In this document: positions 29,946-44,009 of the stretch, one piece after another
Layout of the letters: every line of letters begins with the position of its first letter
Position numbering within the stretch: the stretch's first letter is position 1
NCBI RefSeq assembly: GCF_009914755.1
Contig: NC_060927.1
Strand: one strand, 5' to 3'
Length of the DNA: 64,000 nucleotides
Source of the DNA: the human T2T-CHM13v2.0 reference genome, Homo sapiens
Translations under genes and position numbers: made by a program
The notes under the pieces: model-generated
Told to the model about the DNA's origin: nothing
What the model saw: the letters and a program-made list of their open reading frames with translations, nothing else
Database searches by the model: none

Positions 29946-31224
29946 TGATGTTACTCAGACTTAAAGAGTAGCTGCATACAGTTCCCTTTCACTCTTCTGG
30001 ACTTTGTTTTCCAGACCTGCTTGTAAAAATCTATTTCAGGGAGTTCTCTCTTGTTTTCTTAGTGTCTGTCTGATGTCAGCCTACTTAGTATATCTGCAAA
30101 GACTCAGAGTGGTTTATCGGAAGGTTCCAAGTCCCTCCTACTATGTGACATTGGGCATGACATTTAACTTTGTGGGGTCTTAATTGCCTCAAGTATAAAA
30201 GCAAACGAGCAGATTTCAGTAGATGATGCCTAAACTCTCATCTAGGTTTAACAGTCAATAAAATCTATGAGGGCGAACTGTAAGACCTGGCACCTTTTTC
30301 TGAAGAGAGATTGATTATGCAGTGCAGTTGTCTTGAATGCACTGCACAAGGATGTGCAGACCCAGGAACTGCTTGTCTAATGAAAGGAACCAGCTGAATG
30401 TCTCTCTGGGCTGCCAGTGCTTAGGGCCTGACCCAGACGGGGCTTCCCCCTCTTTGAGCAGTGGATTGTCTTGGACTGAGACAGTGAAATCTCCTTTCTT
30501 CACTCCTCTTCTTTAAGGAGGATCAGTGTCATCTGCCTCACCTGTATGCCTTCCTTGGAGATGTTCATGAGAGCATTTAGGTGGTGGGTAGGTATATAGG
30601 CATTTGCTCTAAAATTACTTCAACTTTGTTTTATGTTTGAGCATTTTCATAGTATTAGATAGGGAAAAAAAACTAGTGGAAATTGAATTGCTTAAACTTT
30701 GGGAGCAAGGCAATTAGAATGTGTGCGTAGCTGCAGATCCCAGTAGCCTAGACTTAATTCCTGGCCTTCTCTCAGATGTCAAGTGTCCACAGGACAGGAA
30801 TTTGTAATGGGTGAAGGATGCCTTCATTTCCCCTTGCCTTTTCTGCTTATTTGCTATGCAAAGCAATTATTCCAGATTTTCAGTGTGGGCCTCAGGAGCC
30901 CCTGTGTTACCTTGGGCAATATGACTCTGAGTTCCTAAGACAGGGCTCTGCTCCCTGCTGCTCCTTGCAAGCCTTGGGTGACTTCAGTGTGTTTTCCAGG
31001 TTGTCATAGCATTCTGAACATACCATTTAAGCTGGTCAAAGGTAAGGCCACCTTTGAATGTGCAGTTCAACCTTTTCCCACTTTCCATAGAAAAGAGACA
31101 GTTCAGCAGGTTGAGGGAATGACCTAGTATGAACGTCAGTGTTGTTCTATGTATTTAGCAGAACTCTTTTAACAACATCAATTCTGAACAAGTTACCCAA
31201 GGTTAAGTTCATGCTGGTTGAGGA

Positions 31225-31460
31225 GAATAGTGCTGGAGCCAGATAGCTTTGAGGTCCAGCCCTGGATCTTATCCTCTCCTAAGTTAGGGAATTTTACGCA
31301 AGTCACTTAACTTGTGAATCCACAGCTCTTCACATTTGTACAATGGGGAGAGTAAAAATACCTTACCTACCTCCTGGGTTATTAGGAGAACACAGTCAAA
31401 CAATCCCTTCAAAATCCTCTCTTTGAACCTGTCATGGATAATTCTCAATAAATGTCACCT
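31225..31460 (+). mobile_element. MIR
   Basis: ctggagccagatagc...gcaagtcacttaac...tgtacaatgggga...acctacctcctgggttatt...ctcaataaatgt. Confidence 0.7.
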
Positions 31461-32559
31461 AGGGTAATAAGAATTCTCCCTGCTGTATAAGTAGAACCTT
31501 TTGTATCATTTTACCCTTATTTACCCAGGATTTCTATATGTACCCCAGGAGACACAAGTGTCCTAATATCTCACAGAAATGTCAAGACTTTGTCTTGTGG
31601 CATTGATCTCTAACGATGCCCATGTATGATAGGTGGATAAGGGGACAGTGCTTCTCCTTGTGTCCCGATCGCTGAGTATGGAGAATCCCGGGCTTCTAAT
31701 TCTCTCCAACTGCAAGCAAAGTAACGGAACTGAGCATTCAAGGATTTTGGGAGAATTAAGGCAAATCCCAGGGGGATTAGGAAACCAGAGTCATTTGGTT
31801 GTCCCTTGATCTTTCTTTAATAAACGATCAAGTTCAGCTTTGCATGGTGAACTGAATTTGTTTCAGCTCTTAATTTTTTACCTTGTAGCTATAATTCTCT
31901 GGCTGCTGTTGCTGTCTTTAAATCCGGTTCACCAGCCACCTGGAGCATTCCAATAACACAGGCGTTTTAAGGTTTTCACTTCAACATCTGTGCTTTGGAA
32001 ATTGAGAAGAGACCACAATTTAGGAATATGCTGAGAAGGAGGCATGGAAGACCAGGGGTTCCATCTCCTCGTAATGTGTGGTATCTGTTCTCTCATTCTT
32101 CCCAGATTGCTCCACAATGTTCCTCTCCCCACTTCTATTTAAATGGTCCAGGGGAAGCTCTGTCATGATATTTCAATGTCTCAGGAAGGCCCACCATGCC
32201 AGCATGCCACTGTCATGGGGTCACATTCAGTCATTCATTCCCTTGCTCACGTGCTCAGAGACCATTTTATGTTTTGCCTGTTCCTAGGCTGCATGTTCAA
32301 GCACTTGGCTGTGTTTGGGTTTCTGGAGACTGGAAGTCATTTTTGCTGATTAATGGGGATGATGGTATTTTTGTCCAGGAGCAAACTGGGGAGTTGCTTT
32401 AGGTATGTGGCCAGGAGAGAAATGCCTTGGATATTTGTGGGGTTAATACTGGGCTTATTAGAATGCTGTCAGTCACTCCTTGCTCTCAACTCTAGCCACC
32501 CATGCCAAACCCCCACAACAATAGTGACAACAACAGCAGTAATAATAGCAGCTACCAGT

Positions 32560-32765
32560 TAGAGAGCTACATGTGAGGCCTTGTTTGAGCGTCTCATTTA
32601 ATTCTCCAAAAATCCCACAAGGAATGTGTTGTTATTTTTTACTTGTTCTAGCTGAGGAAACGGGATATTAGAGTTCTGAGTCCAAAGCATGTGTCTTGTA
32701 AATGGTGAAGCTAAGATTTGAACTCAGATAACCTTGACCTAGTACCCAAGTTTGTACCAACTGTG
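32560..32765 (-). mobile_element. MIR
   Basis: tctcatttaattctc...agctgaggaaac...gtaaatggtgaagctaagatttgaactcag. Confidence 0.7.
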
Positions 32766-33829
32766 CATCATTCCCTATCACCCTAAGCTAGGGAGTAGGT
32801 CGAATTAAGGGTACTACCTTCATATGGATGGCCCGATACCTGGTCATAATGAAATCATTCTTTCTTGGCCTTGGTCTCTCCACCTGCCGACAGGGCAGGT
32901 GGCAGCAAGCTGCTTACACCACATGAGCATGACAGAGCCCCTTTGTCTTCTCATTGGCCAAGTTCTTCTTCCTCTCTTCATAAATAACTTCAGATTTCCT
33001 AGCCCACTGCTCTAGAAAATGTATTTCCTCTGATGGCCACACAGCCGGAGCAACCCCAGAAGGCCTGTGGTGTTGTGCTGCTCTTTATTTTCTGCCAGCT
33101 GCATCTGTACTCTTCTAGAAAATGCTGAGATTCAGCAGTTGCTCAAAAGGCACTGACATCTAATTATCATCCTATAGGCTGTTGCCACAAGTCTGCATAG
33201 TGAAGTCAATGCTGAGACAGGCTTCCTTTGCCAGTCAGAGGGGCTCTGGCTTGTTTACAGATAGAATCTTTAACTCCTTTGAAGGGCCAGCGTGAGGATA
33301 CTGGGAAGGTTCCTGTGGGACAGTTTTATAATTGAACCAGGGAACTCCTCTGTGCCTGCTCATATGTGATATGGATAAGTCATGCAGCACCGGTCCTCCT
33401 GCATCCAGGAATGGGCTGACATTGATCTGTTCACTCTTCAGGGATGCTGTCTCAACTACTTGCACAGGTATAATTTTATTATATTACGCTGCATATTAAA
33501 TACCTGCACTTCCCTTTTCCCATCCTGATACAGATGATTTCATTTTGCCCACAGTAACACATGCTTCTGTTTGCACGTGACCATGATCATTTTCTCTACC
33601 TCTAGGCTTACAGAAGGGCCAGAGGTGGTGCTAATCAGGAACTGGAAACTTCTGACCCCACTGTGCAGGCTGGAGTAGGGTTGAGGCTGTGGCTGAGAAC
33701 CAGAAGGAGAAAGCAAGGGCAAGTCCCCATTCTAGAATACCTGGCTAGGATGTGGGGGAGAGAGGTGAGCATAGCTCCTTTCTGTAAAAATTACACTTAC
33801 ACAGAGCTTCCCTGGCTTTGGAACTGTTT

Positions 33830-33833
<4 letters not shown>

Positions 33834-33871
<38 letters not shown>

Positions 33872-34148
33872 AGACGGAGTCTTGGTCTGTCACCAGGCTG
33901 GAGTGCAGTGGTACGGTATCAGCTCACTGCAACTTTGCCTCCCTAGTTCAAGCGATTCTCCTGCCTCCGCCTCTGGAGTAGCTGGGACTACAGGCATGTG
34001 CCACCACGCCCAGCTAATTTTTGTATTTTTAGTAGAGATGGCATTTCACCATGTTGGCCAGGATGGTCTCGATCTCTTGAACTCGTGATCCATCCGCCTT
34101 GGCCTGCCAAAGTGCTGGGATTACAGGCATGTGACACCGCACCCGGCC
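33834..34148 (-). mobile_element. Alu (AluSc-like) with a ~37-nt pure poly-T
   Basis: ggatggtctcgatctcttgaactcgtgatcc is the Sc-type pattern. Confidence 0.97.
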
Positions 34149-34719
34149 AAAGTGGTTGCTTTTATTCTAACAACGTCTGTGTTTGCAACGGAAGAGAGAC
34201 CACAGGAGTGCTAGAGCCTGAGTTCAGGGAAGGGTTTGACAGGAGTTTCAAGGCTTCTTGTTGGCGGGGTAGAACATCATCCTTCCAGCCAGGAGTAGCT
34301 CTTCATCAGATTGCCCGGGATTGGAAAGGGATCAGTACCAGATGGCCTCCTGGCCCCAGAAGTTCCTTCTGGAGCAGAACAGAGTTTTCTTGTCGCTATG
34401 ATTCAGCAACAGCAGGCATTGATGGCGGCCCCACTGGGTGCCTGGCATGGCATCATACCCCCTGCCTCCCAGAACCTGCGGCCCTCCTCCATGGCCAAGG
34501 AGCAATTGCATGTGGAGCCATACCAGCAGCCCCCATTGAGCTGACTTGGTTGCCTGAAGTGAGAATGGTTAAATGGGTAATTGATGGAAGCAAAAAGCCA
34601 AGGGAAGGAGGTACCCGCTGGGTAACTGGTTAGTGTAAGAGGCTATGTGTGTGTAGCTGAAGTTGATCACCATTCCAAGGCGAGTCTTTTCCCCTCTCTT
34701 CTTTCCCTCCTTTTTATTT

Positions 34720-34920
34720 AACAATAATAATAACTTTATTGATTCATTGCTTTTTTTGAGGCATGCATTAAGCCCTTCACATTTATTAACTTGAAAAAAT
34801 AGGGGAGTTGAGGGCCCAGAAAGGTAAAATGAAGTACCCAAAGTCACACATTTTAGTGAGTGGCAAAAATGGGATCTCAGGGCATGGTTCCTATCTCTTG
34901 ACAATCTAAGCTCTTCACCC
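34720..34920 (-). mobile_element. MIR
   Basis: gagggcccagaaaggtaaaatgaagtacccaaagtcacaca...gagtggca. Confidence 0.65.
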
Positions 34921-36809
34921 TGTACCTCTTTTCCATCTCTGCAGCCCTCTCTCCCTCTCTTCTTTATAGATACTCTGAGCGTTTATCTTGCATCCAGTTA
35001 GCAATGCAGTTTCAGAGATAGAGGACATAGGACGTCCCTTACGGAACTCAAAATTGAGTTTGCAGAGACAACCTTAACCTTTGTAAGGTGAGGGAAGCCT
35101 AGAGTCTCATGTGGTGTGTGGGGCCCAGGGATGCGTTTGTAAAGCTTGGGTGCAGTGGTCTTTCTTCCACAGGGAGTCTGAGACCTTGGTCTGCTTACCT
35201 TTCTCTAGGGCACCCAGGGCATGAGAAGGTGGTGGTGTTCCTTATAACCTTGGCCATCCAGTAGATAAAGTTCAACAAGTAGGATTGGTTCAGTCTGATA
35301 CCTGTAGTCCCCTATTTTACATAAGCCCCTCCCCACATTCTCCCTTAAACACATGAAGAAGTGCAGAGGAGAAGGGAGAGGGCATGTCTTGAGACCCAGT
35401 TATGTGAAGGCTGTGGATTGAGAGTTTACAGTGTTAGTGATCTCTTGTCATCCTCACAACAGCTCTATGCAGTGGACCCTGTTAGATCTTATATCACGGA
35501 AGAAAAGCTCCAAGATCAGAGTTTCAGGTATCTTTTCTGTTTCATCTCTGCTTACAATCTTCTCACAATTTCTTGCCTCTCTCAGATTTGATTCCGAAAT
35601 CCCTGAGTGCTAGAAGAAAGGCATCATATCATCTTGTCCCTGGTTATCTCATTGAGTTCATTTTCCTGCCCTCTGCCCCCTGCCCCCAGCTCCCTGGCCT
35701 CTCTGCTGCCTGATGCACTGCGTCCAACCTGCCTTGAGCCTGGGCATTCAACACTCTGCCTTCTTTCCCTCTGCCTTTCCTTGTTCACTTTCCCCCTTCC
35801 AATCTCTTTTCTTCCTCCTTTTAAATTTTCCTTGTGTGAGTTTGATTTTAAAGGTTTTGTTGGGCAAAGTGAACACACTTGGCTTATAGAATCACCCTTA
35901 GGGTAATTTGTTACAGAAAATTCTGTGTAATGGGACAGTTTTTTTGTTTGAGTCAGCACAAATAAAGCAAACTCTCCAGGGTTGTGGTCAAATGCTGTTT
36001 CTTACAGTTCTCAAGGTTTCTAAGTCCAGGCTCTCTAGTTCTCATGTTATTTGGAACTCCTTTGGGCATTGGTCTTTGTATCTAAAATGGTCTCATGTTT
36101 AATTCAATGTGCGCATTTATAACAAGGTCTGATTTGATGACTTGTTCAGAAGGGTGTTTTTTTTTTTTTGAAGATTTTGGTAGAATTGTATGATTTTCTG
36201 GTCTTTGGACTAGTCACTTCTAATAACTTTTTTTTGGTGAGTGAGTCTGGTCTTCTCCATAGTTTCCACGCTTCATAAAGCATTAGGAGGACGGCATTTC
36301 ACTTGCCGTTCCCCATGGTCTAATCTCCTGCTGATTTTATTTTAACTCTGAGGGATTTGCTATTGGTCCAGCTTTACCATCAGTTGCATCTCCATCAATG
36401 AGGCTGACCTGGAGGGACTGGATTCAAATAGGGAGCAGCATCCAGTTCCCTCTACCTAGAGATTGCCAACTTCTCTGAAGCATTTCCATGAAATTTATAA
36501 TTTAATTTCTATTTTGGCTCAAGAGCATCTTGGTACAAATCCTTGGGTGTGGCCCTCTTTTGTAAGAAGTACAGAATGAAAGACCATCTTGCCTGCAAAC
36601 TGTGTGCAGATCTTTGTGAGAAATAAAGTCATGTTTCATTATTTTGGCTGCATGACTTAAAAAATGTCATGACCCAGAATGAATATTGCTTTTCAGTCAG
36701 GTGGTTGCACGTTTCAAGATGGCTCCAGTGGCTTCTGAAATGTGTTTACCCTGCGAACATTCCAAAGTTGTCTGTGCTTTGTCCAGAATCCCTGGATGCC
36801 ATTCATTAA

Positions 36810-37154
36810 CCCTCCCCTCCCCTCCCCTCCCCTCCCTTCACCTCTTTGTCTGACAGAGTCTTACTCTGTCACCCAGGCGGGAGTGCAGTGGTGCATTCAT
36901 GGCTTACTGCAGCCTCAACCTCCTGGGCTTAACTGATCTTCCCCCCTCAGCCTCCCGAGTATCTGGGACCGTAGGTGCACGCCACCCTGCCTGGCTAATT
37001 TTTTGTTTTGTTTTGTTTTGTTTTGTTTTGTTTTGCAGAGATGAGGTTTTCCCATGTTTCCCAGGCTGGTCTCAACCTTCTGGGCTTAAGCGATCCACCC
37101 GCCTAAGTCTCCCAAACTGTTGGGATCACAAGTGTGAGCCACTGCACCTGGTCC
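36810..37154 (-). mobile_element. AluJ with (CCCCT)n tail and (TTTTG)n linker
   Basis: J-type features; TSD tggatgccattc / tgggtgccattc. Confidence 0.95.
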
Positions 37155-37299
37155 TGGGTGCCATTCTTGACTACGTCACCTAAATGCTCCTTCTTGTGAT
37201 TCGACTCTCATCCTATATACCTAGTGCCACCATGACCCCATCACCCTACGTCCCCTCCCCCTTCGACTTGTCCTCATCACTGCATATTGAGCTTTCACT

Positions 37300-37390
37300 T
37301 GGCAAAGTCTTCACCTCCCAGTACCATCACCTTGGGGCTTAAGTTTCAAGATATGAATTGTGGGAGGACACAAACATTTAGTCTATAGTG
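37300..37390 (-). mobile_element. MaLR LTR 5' fragment
   Basis: cacctcccagtaccatcaccttgggg...ttcaagatatgaatt...gacacaaacatttagtctatag. Confidence 0.7.
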
Positions 37391-37565
37391 GTATGAAATG
37401 CCCAGCATTATTGTTTCTGTGACCTTAGGACAAAAGGGTACATAGATGCTATTGCATAAAATATTATGTTTCCTAGCTTTTCTGTTGGGGAACTATATAA
37501 AAATAAGTTTTGGTACATAACATACTTTCCTGATGCTAATATTTCCATTGTCAACTAGGAAAAAT

Positions 37566-37724
37566 TATTCTTTTTTTTTTTTTTTGGAGACGGAGTCTCA
37601 CTCTGTTGCCCAGGAGTGCAATGGTATGATCTCAGCTCCAGTGCAGCCTCCACCTCCTGGGTTCAAGCAATTCTCCTGCCTCAGCCTCCCGAGTAGCTGG
37701 GACTACAGGCATGAACTACCACAC

Positions 37725-37755
<31 letters not shown>

Positions 37756-37930
37756 GTATTTTTAGTAGAGATGGATTTTTTTTTTTTTTTTGTATTTTTA
37801 GTAGAGATGGATTTTTTTTTTTTTTTTTTAACCATGTTGGCCAGGCTGGCCTCGAACTCCTGAGCTCAGGTGATCCACCCACCTCAGCCTCCCAAAGTGC
37901 TGGGATTACAGGCATGAGCCATCGCACCCA
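37566..37930 (-). mobile_element. Alu with duplicated central linker
   Basis: (T)n-gtatttttagtagagatgga occurs twice, followed by a third T run. Confidence 0.95.
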
Positions 37931-38257
37931 TTGTTGGGTAGGAAAAGTAATGATTACCTCCCAGTTTTGAGCATCAATTGGTAACAAAATCTGTGTAAGT
38001 GTTGTCTGTATAAATGGTAAAGTTCTATTGAAATGTTGAATAAAATAGAGGCATTCATAGTAATAATAACTGCGTCATACTAGGCTTCTTTCTATGAAAT
38101 AAATTAGGTCATTTACTAAAAGCTCAATTAATGAATATTACTAAGAAATTTTCAGAAATCACTGCTTAGAAATCAGCAACGGGGTAGAGTGAGTTACTTA
38201 CAGATGAATATTCGAATCAGGGGTTTCAGGAAAAACTGATGAGAATTGTTTGTTTAG

Positions 38258-38746
<489 letters not shown>

Positions 38747-39468
38747 CCTTTTACTGTTTAAAAGCATAAAACTGCTGACTCTCCCTGAGTGTTTGATTCT
38801 AATAGGAAAAAGTTCATCCTCTGGGCCCTGTTGGATCATGGTTGATGTAGTATGACAAAATCTGTAGTAGCTTCCATGAAAAGAGGAAAGTTTTGTTGAT
38901 GTGAAGATTTGTTTCTCTTTAGTTTTATATTTTAGAACTCATCTTGGGTTCCACTTCCCTTTGATTTGGGGGTTGTAGCTTTGGTAGTCAGGGAAGCAGG
39001 ACCTGGAAATCACAAGGCCTTTTGGAATTGCAGCTCCCAGGCAACACGGCCTGCTTGCCTTCCCTTTTGAAGGAGATCAGTTGCTCCCTCTCTCTTTCTT
39101 AGTGTTTCTCAGCAAGACTATTTAACATTTAAGGCCGTAGGCATTAAGAATCCAGGGATCTGTGTTTTAGAGCTGAATGTCCTTCTCCAAGCCAAGCTCA
39201 GAGCCAAAGCTCTCAACAGCTGAAATACCTGCTTGCTCTATTCTTTTTAACCAGTGCAGCAGTGCTTCCTTCTAGGATAACAGAGCTCTTCTCATATATT
39301 CCATTGACTGTTGAAATCTCAGTAAGGGAAACACTTTTCAAAATGTCTTGTTATGGAAAGGATTGGGCCAAATAAATATATTTCCTGTTGAAAGTAACGT
39401 GTACTTTCACTGAAGGATAGCTTCTCTACTACAGCTACTGTTTGAAAGACAATAAGAATGTTGATTCT

Positions 39469-39618
39469 GGCCAGGTGCAGCGTTGGGCACCTGGAGTTCT
39501 GGCAACTCAGGAGGCTGAGGCAGGGGATCACTTGAGTGTGCTGTGATTACACCTGTGAATAGTCACTTCACTCCAGTCTGGGCAACATAGTGAGAACCAG
39601 CCTCTTCAAAAATGAAAA
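39469..39618 (+). mobile_element. FLAM/FAM monomer inserted at a MIR (MIR continues ~39635-39850)
   Basis: TSD aagaatgttgattct / aagaacgttggttct. Confidence 0.85.
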
Positions 39619-40309
39619 GGAGAAAGAACGTTGGTTCTGGAGTCAGAATGAATTGGTTCTAGTGTTTGGCTCTTAGGCTCAGTAACTTGTGATCTTGGAC
39701 AAGTTACTTATTTTGTCTGGCCGAACTCCAAATTCCCCATCTGTAAAGTGGGAATCATAACTCTGAGAATGGCTTGCCGATGCAATAAGATGAGATAGGT
39801 AGTGCTTGTGTTGCCTGACCCTGAGTAAGTGCTCACTCAATATTAATCACAATTTTTTTTTTCATGACCATTTGTACAGTGTATTGTCATGTATATGGAA
39901 AGGGTTTCAGTTCTGTTTTAGGGATTTCTCTTAGAAATCTCCAGCAATTTCACTTAGGGAGCTTTTGAAGCCATCTGCCTTAGTGAGCTGTGCTAGTGTG
40001 CTCTTTTTGAAAGGTAAGCAATCTTTGGGCCAGTTTGGATATGACTCTTTTACATGTCCAGTCCATATATTCCCAGAAGAATCCAGAAGTCATGGCCATC
40101 AAAGTAAAATACCCAGCCTTTTAAAACCACTACATTTGGATAGGAAGATGCTCTCCTTGAAATTACCTTTTACCTTTGAGATCCATCTAGAAAAAAATCT
40201 AAAGAGTTGATTGTGGGTCAGGCCCATCAGAGTGTAAGAATGAATTCGAGCTGTAAAAAATGTGATTCTTTTTCTTTTTTTTTGAAGAGCCATTGGGCAG
40301 GAGTAAATT

Positions 40310-40600
40310 GGTAGAACCATTTTGGGGAGCTGTATATATTCAGTAAAGTTGAAGATTTCTATGCTGTTAGGATCAGGTAATTTCATTTGTAATTTAGAGA
40401 AATTTTGATACATGTAACCTGGGTGACATGTACAAGAATATTTGTAACAGCAGTTTGTAAGCGGAAAACTGGCTACAGCCTCAATGACATTCACCAGGCA
40501 GTAGGTGAATTTGATGTTGTTTATTCATACCTTGGGAGACCATGCAACTGCTAAAATGAATGAATAGGACCAGCAGATCAGTGTGGATACATTTTTAGCT
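40310..40600 (+). mobile_element. L1ME fragment
   Basis: gtaaattggtagaaccattttgggg...agagaaattttgatacatgt...acatgtacaagaatattt. Confidence 0.7.
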
Positions 40601-41029
40601 TTACTCATAAGATGTCATATCTTAAAACATCTGATACAGAAATAGAAAAATATGAAATCATATTTTAAATATAGTAGCAAAAAAATATAGACATAGCAAA
40701 ATACGGAATCTTATTTTAACTATAGTAGTGACTGTATGGCTGTTGATTCTGTTGTTTCTGGGCATTTGCAGCATTTCTTACTTTTAGATAGCTGTCGGAA
40801 AAGAAAAATACTATAGGATGGGTTATGGGTTGCCTTTGGCATTTATTTTTAATGTTATACAATATTGTATTTTTGAGGAAAATAAATTGGTAATGTGTGG
40901 AATTGGGTAACTGGGGGGAGGGGTAGTTTTTGTCCACTGTATTCTCTGCTTATTTTTTATTTACTTTTTACCATTGGCTCTCTGGTATAAGAAAAACTGA
41001 ATGATGATTAAGTTCAGTTGACGCAGTAT

Positions 41030-41260
41030 AAATGATTAGCTAAGTGATCAGGGCTCTGAGGCTGCCTTTCTGGGTTTATGTCCCAGCTCTCATTCTTACT
41101 GGCTGTGAGATAGGAGGCAAGAGACTCAACCTCCTCCTGCCCTGTTGCTTCCCCTTTAAAATTGTTCAGTAGAGCAGTGAGGATTGAATTGGATTATTCC
41201 TGTTGATTCAAGTACTGGACAGTGTTTGACACAGAATAAATGTTAGCTGTTTTTGTATTA
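41030..41260 (+). mobile_element. MIR
   Basis: cccagctctcattcttactggctgtgag...gcaagagactcaacctc...aataaatgttagct. Confidence 0.7.
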
Positions 41261-41824
41261 TTATAGTTTGATATGGAAGAAGGAACTGTAAAATGCAGTT
41301 AATTATGGGATCCTGGTAAAAGACACTCAAATCAGACTCTCAGGGGCACAAGAATCCAGAGTGCATCCCATTGAGCCTGCACCATTTCCTCGATCCTCAC
41401 CTTATCTTTCCAGGTTGAGCCCTCCCCAGACAGTATAATCAGCATGCACTACCCCTGTTTTCTTTCTCTTTTGTACCTTGAGACTTTAGGGTGGCCTAAA
41501 AGCATTTGCTGGATCCCCTCAACCTCCTTTGGGAGGCTCATGCTCTCATGGTTGACCACGTCTTACCAAATATGTTTATCCTCACAATTTATCTAGCCAA
41601 TGCAAATGTCTTTTCAGTGGAGATGATAAATTGGGTATTTAAAGGCACCAGGATAATTTCAAATTTGTGACTTCCACTGGAATGGGGTACATTTTAAAGC
41701 AGAGAGGTAAATGTCTTTCTTTTCACTTAAATACCCACCATTCCTTTTTCTTTCTTCCTTTTTTTTTTCTACACATAAACACAGATACTCAACCACTTTA
41801 AATTCGTAGAAATTGATCTAGGAC

Positions 41825-42052
41825 AGAGGTGGTTGATTCCCAGCCAGGAATGGGTCTCCTTCTCCCTGGAAATATTTGGCAATGTTTGAAGGCAATTTTG
41901 ATTGTTAGGCTTTGGGACAGGGGGAGTGTGCTGTTAACATTTAGTGGGAGGAGTCCAGGGACGCCATAAACATAAAGCACAGGACAGTCCTCCACAACAA
42001 AGAATGATCTAGCCCAAAATATTAACAGAGCTGAGGATGAGACGCCCTGCCC
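41825..42052. mobile_element. MER20
   Basis: atatttggcaatgtttgaaggcaattttgattgt...cacaggacagtcctccacaacaaagaatgatctagcccaaaat. Confidence 0.85.
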
Positions 42053-42867
42053 TAATTTAATGAGAGAGATGTAAGTCCATACCCGTAACTGAATTCCCAG
42101 ACTTCTTCACCATGGCATTGCTCCAGCGTTGAGTAAATCTGGCATCACAAAATTTGTCTTATGTAGAGCTGGAGACAAAGCAGGGAAGAAGAGAAGCAAA
42201 CCTGTTAAGTCCCACGTAGTCTACAACTCCATCAGGTATATGGGATGAGCAGGAACAGAAAGCTGTTTTCTTTAGAAATTCTCACTCTTCTCTTTCCTCT
42301 GCCGCGAGCTCTTATCTAAAGAAGGGAGATTCAGAGTGGATAAAGATCTCAGGAAATCTTTTGCTCTAGCTTTTGATCCCTCTTCTCAGTTTCTTCTCTT
42401 TTCAGTGTGTAGAAGTCATATGTCAAAGCACAGACCTGTTTAGAATATCAAGAGTGTTAATAGAGGCTTCAGCCTTCTTTTAGGCCACATTCTGGTTCTG
42501 CAACTGACACTTGAGGAGGTATTTCCTGTTGATACCATTCAAGGAGCTGTTTCAGGAGGGCCCTGGTGCTGCCTGGGGATGGTGTTCTAAGTACTTGATT
42601 CCATCTGCAAGGCAAAACGTTTTGAGAGAGAGAGGATTCTCTTTTAAAGGAATCATAATGTTTTTAATGTTAATTATACAGGCTACTCGATTAATCAGTT
42701 AAGTGCCATCCTTATACAGAAGGGAAACTGGGAAGTGTTTCAAAATGAAGAGTACCTAGCGGCTTGAAAGAGATGTTTGCTCTATATTTATATTTTGGGA
42801 CTTGGGTAACTGACGATTCAGACATCTATCAGATGGAGGGCTGTCTGCTTGGAGTCATGCCTCAGCT

Positions 42868-42922
42868 ATACACACACATGCACATGCGCACACACACACG
42901 GCACACACACACACAGCACACA
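42868..42922. repeat. Imperfect (CA)n
   Basis: acacacacatgcacatgcgcacacacacacggcacacacacacac. Confidence 0.9.
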
Positions 42923-43339
42923 CTTTATAGGCCGTCTTCATGCCTTTGCCGAGGTCTTTCTGTTCCTTTTAAGAGTGCCATCATTTCTCGCAGAGATGTA
43001 ACTGGAGAACAAAGCTTGCAGAGGCAGTTGGATATATATTCTTTTTACTCCCACCTTCTGCCTGGAATGAAGATGAGGTATAGGCTGCACTCCGTTTCAT
43101 TTTTGACCCACTTTGATAAGAATCCAAGGTGAGGGACCCAACTGGGCCTCACTGGTTTCCCACTGGGGAAACCTTATAACTGAAATCTAGTCTCTACTTT
43201 TGAAAATCTTAGTCATGATTGACTAAAGGCAGTCTTTCTTTAAATAAATAAATAAATAAAAGCACATTACAAATAAAGCCTTCAAGATTTGAGCATTTGG
43301 TAGCCCAATATCAGTCAGTGAAAGAAGTGTTTACAATTA

Positions 43340-43822
43340 AAAGTAGTAATTAGAAGGGACATGACATGATTTCTGTAGTATTCTTGACAAAAATGCATAA
43401 CTGTACTCCAGTCCTGGGATGACATCATACACCTTCAGATTGAGGGATATTCTACAGTAAGTGATCTGTACTCCTTTGTCAAGATCATGAGAGACAGGAG
43501 ACTGAAGAACTTTTTATAGATTGGGGAGGGCTAAGGAGAAATAACAGCTAAATGTAATGTGGGATCCTGGATAAGATGCTGGAATTGAAAAAGGACATTA
43601 AGGGAAAATCTAGTACAATTCAAATAAGATTTTTCATTCAGTTGATGAGTTAATTCTGTCACGCTCGTGTCAATTTCCTGGTTTTGATCATTGTACTGTG
43701 GCTGTGGGCCACAGTCAACATTTGGGGAAGCTGGGTCAGGGATATATTCTTTGTACTGTTTTAGCAGCAACTTCTCTATAAATCTAAACTTCTCTCAATA
43801 CAAACTTATTTTTTTAAAAAGT
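43340..43822 (+). mobile_element. L1MC4-like 3' end
   Basis: caaaaatgcataac...ttgagggatattctaca...aaatgtaatgtgggatcctggat...aatttcctggttttgatcattgtactgtgg. Confidence 0.8.
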
Positions 43823-43853
43823 AATAATTAGTATGCATAACAAAACTAGGTTA

Positions 43854-44009
<156 letters not shown>

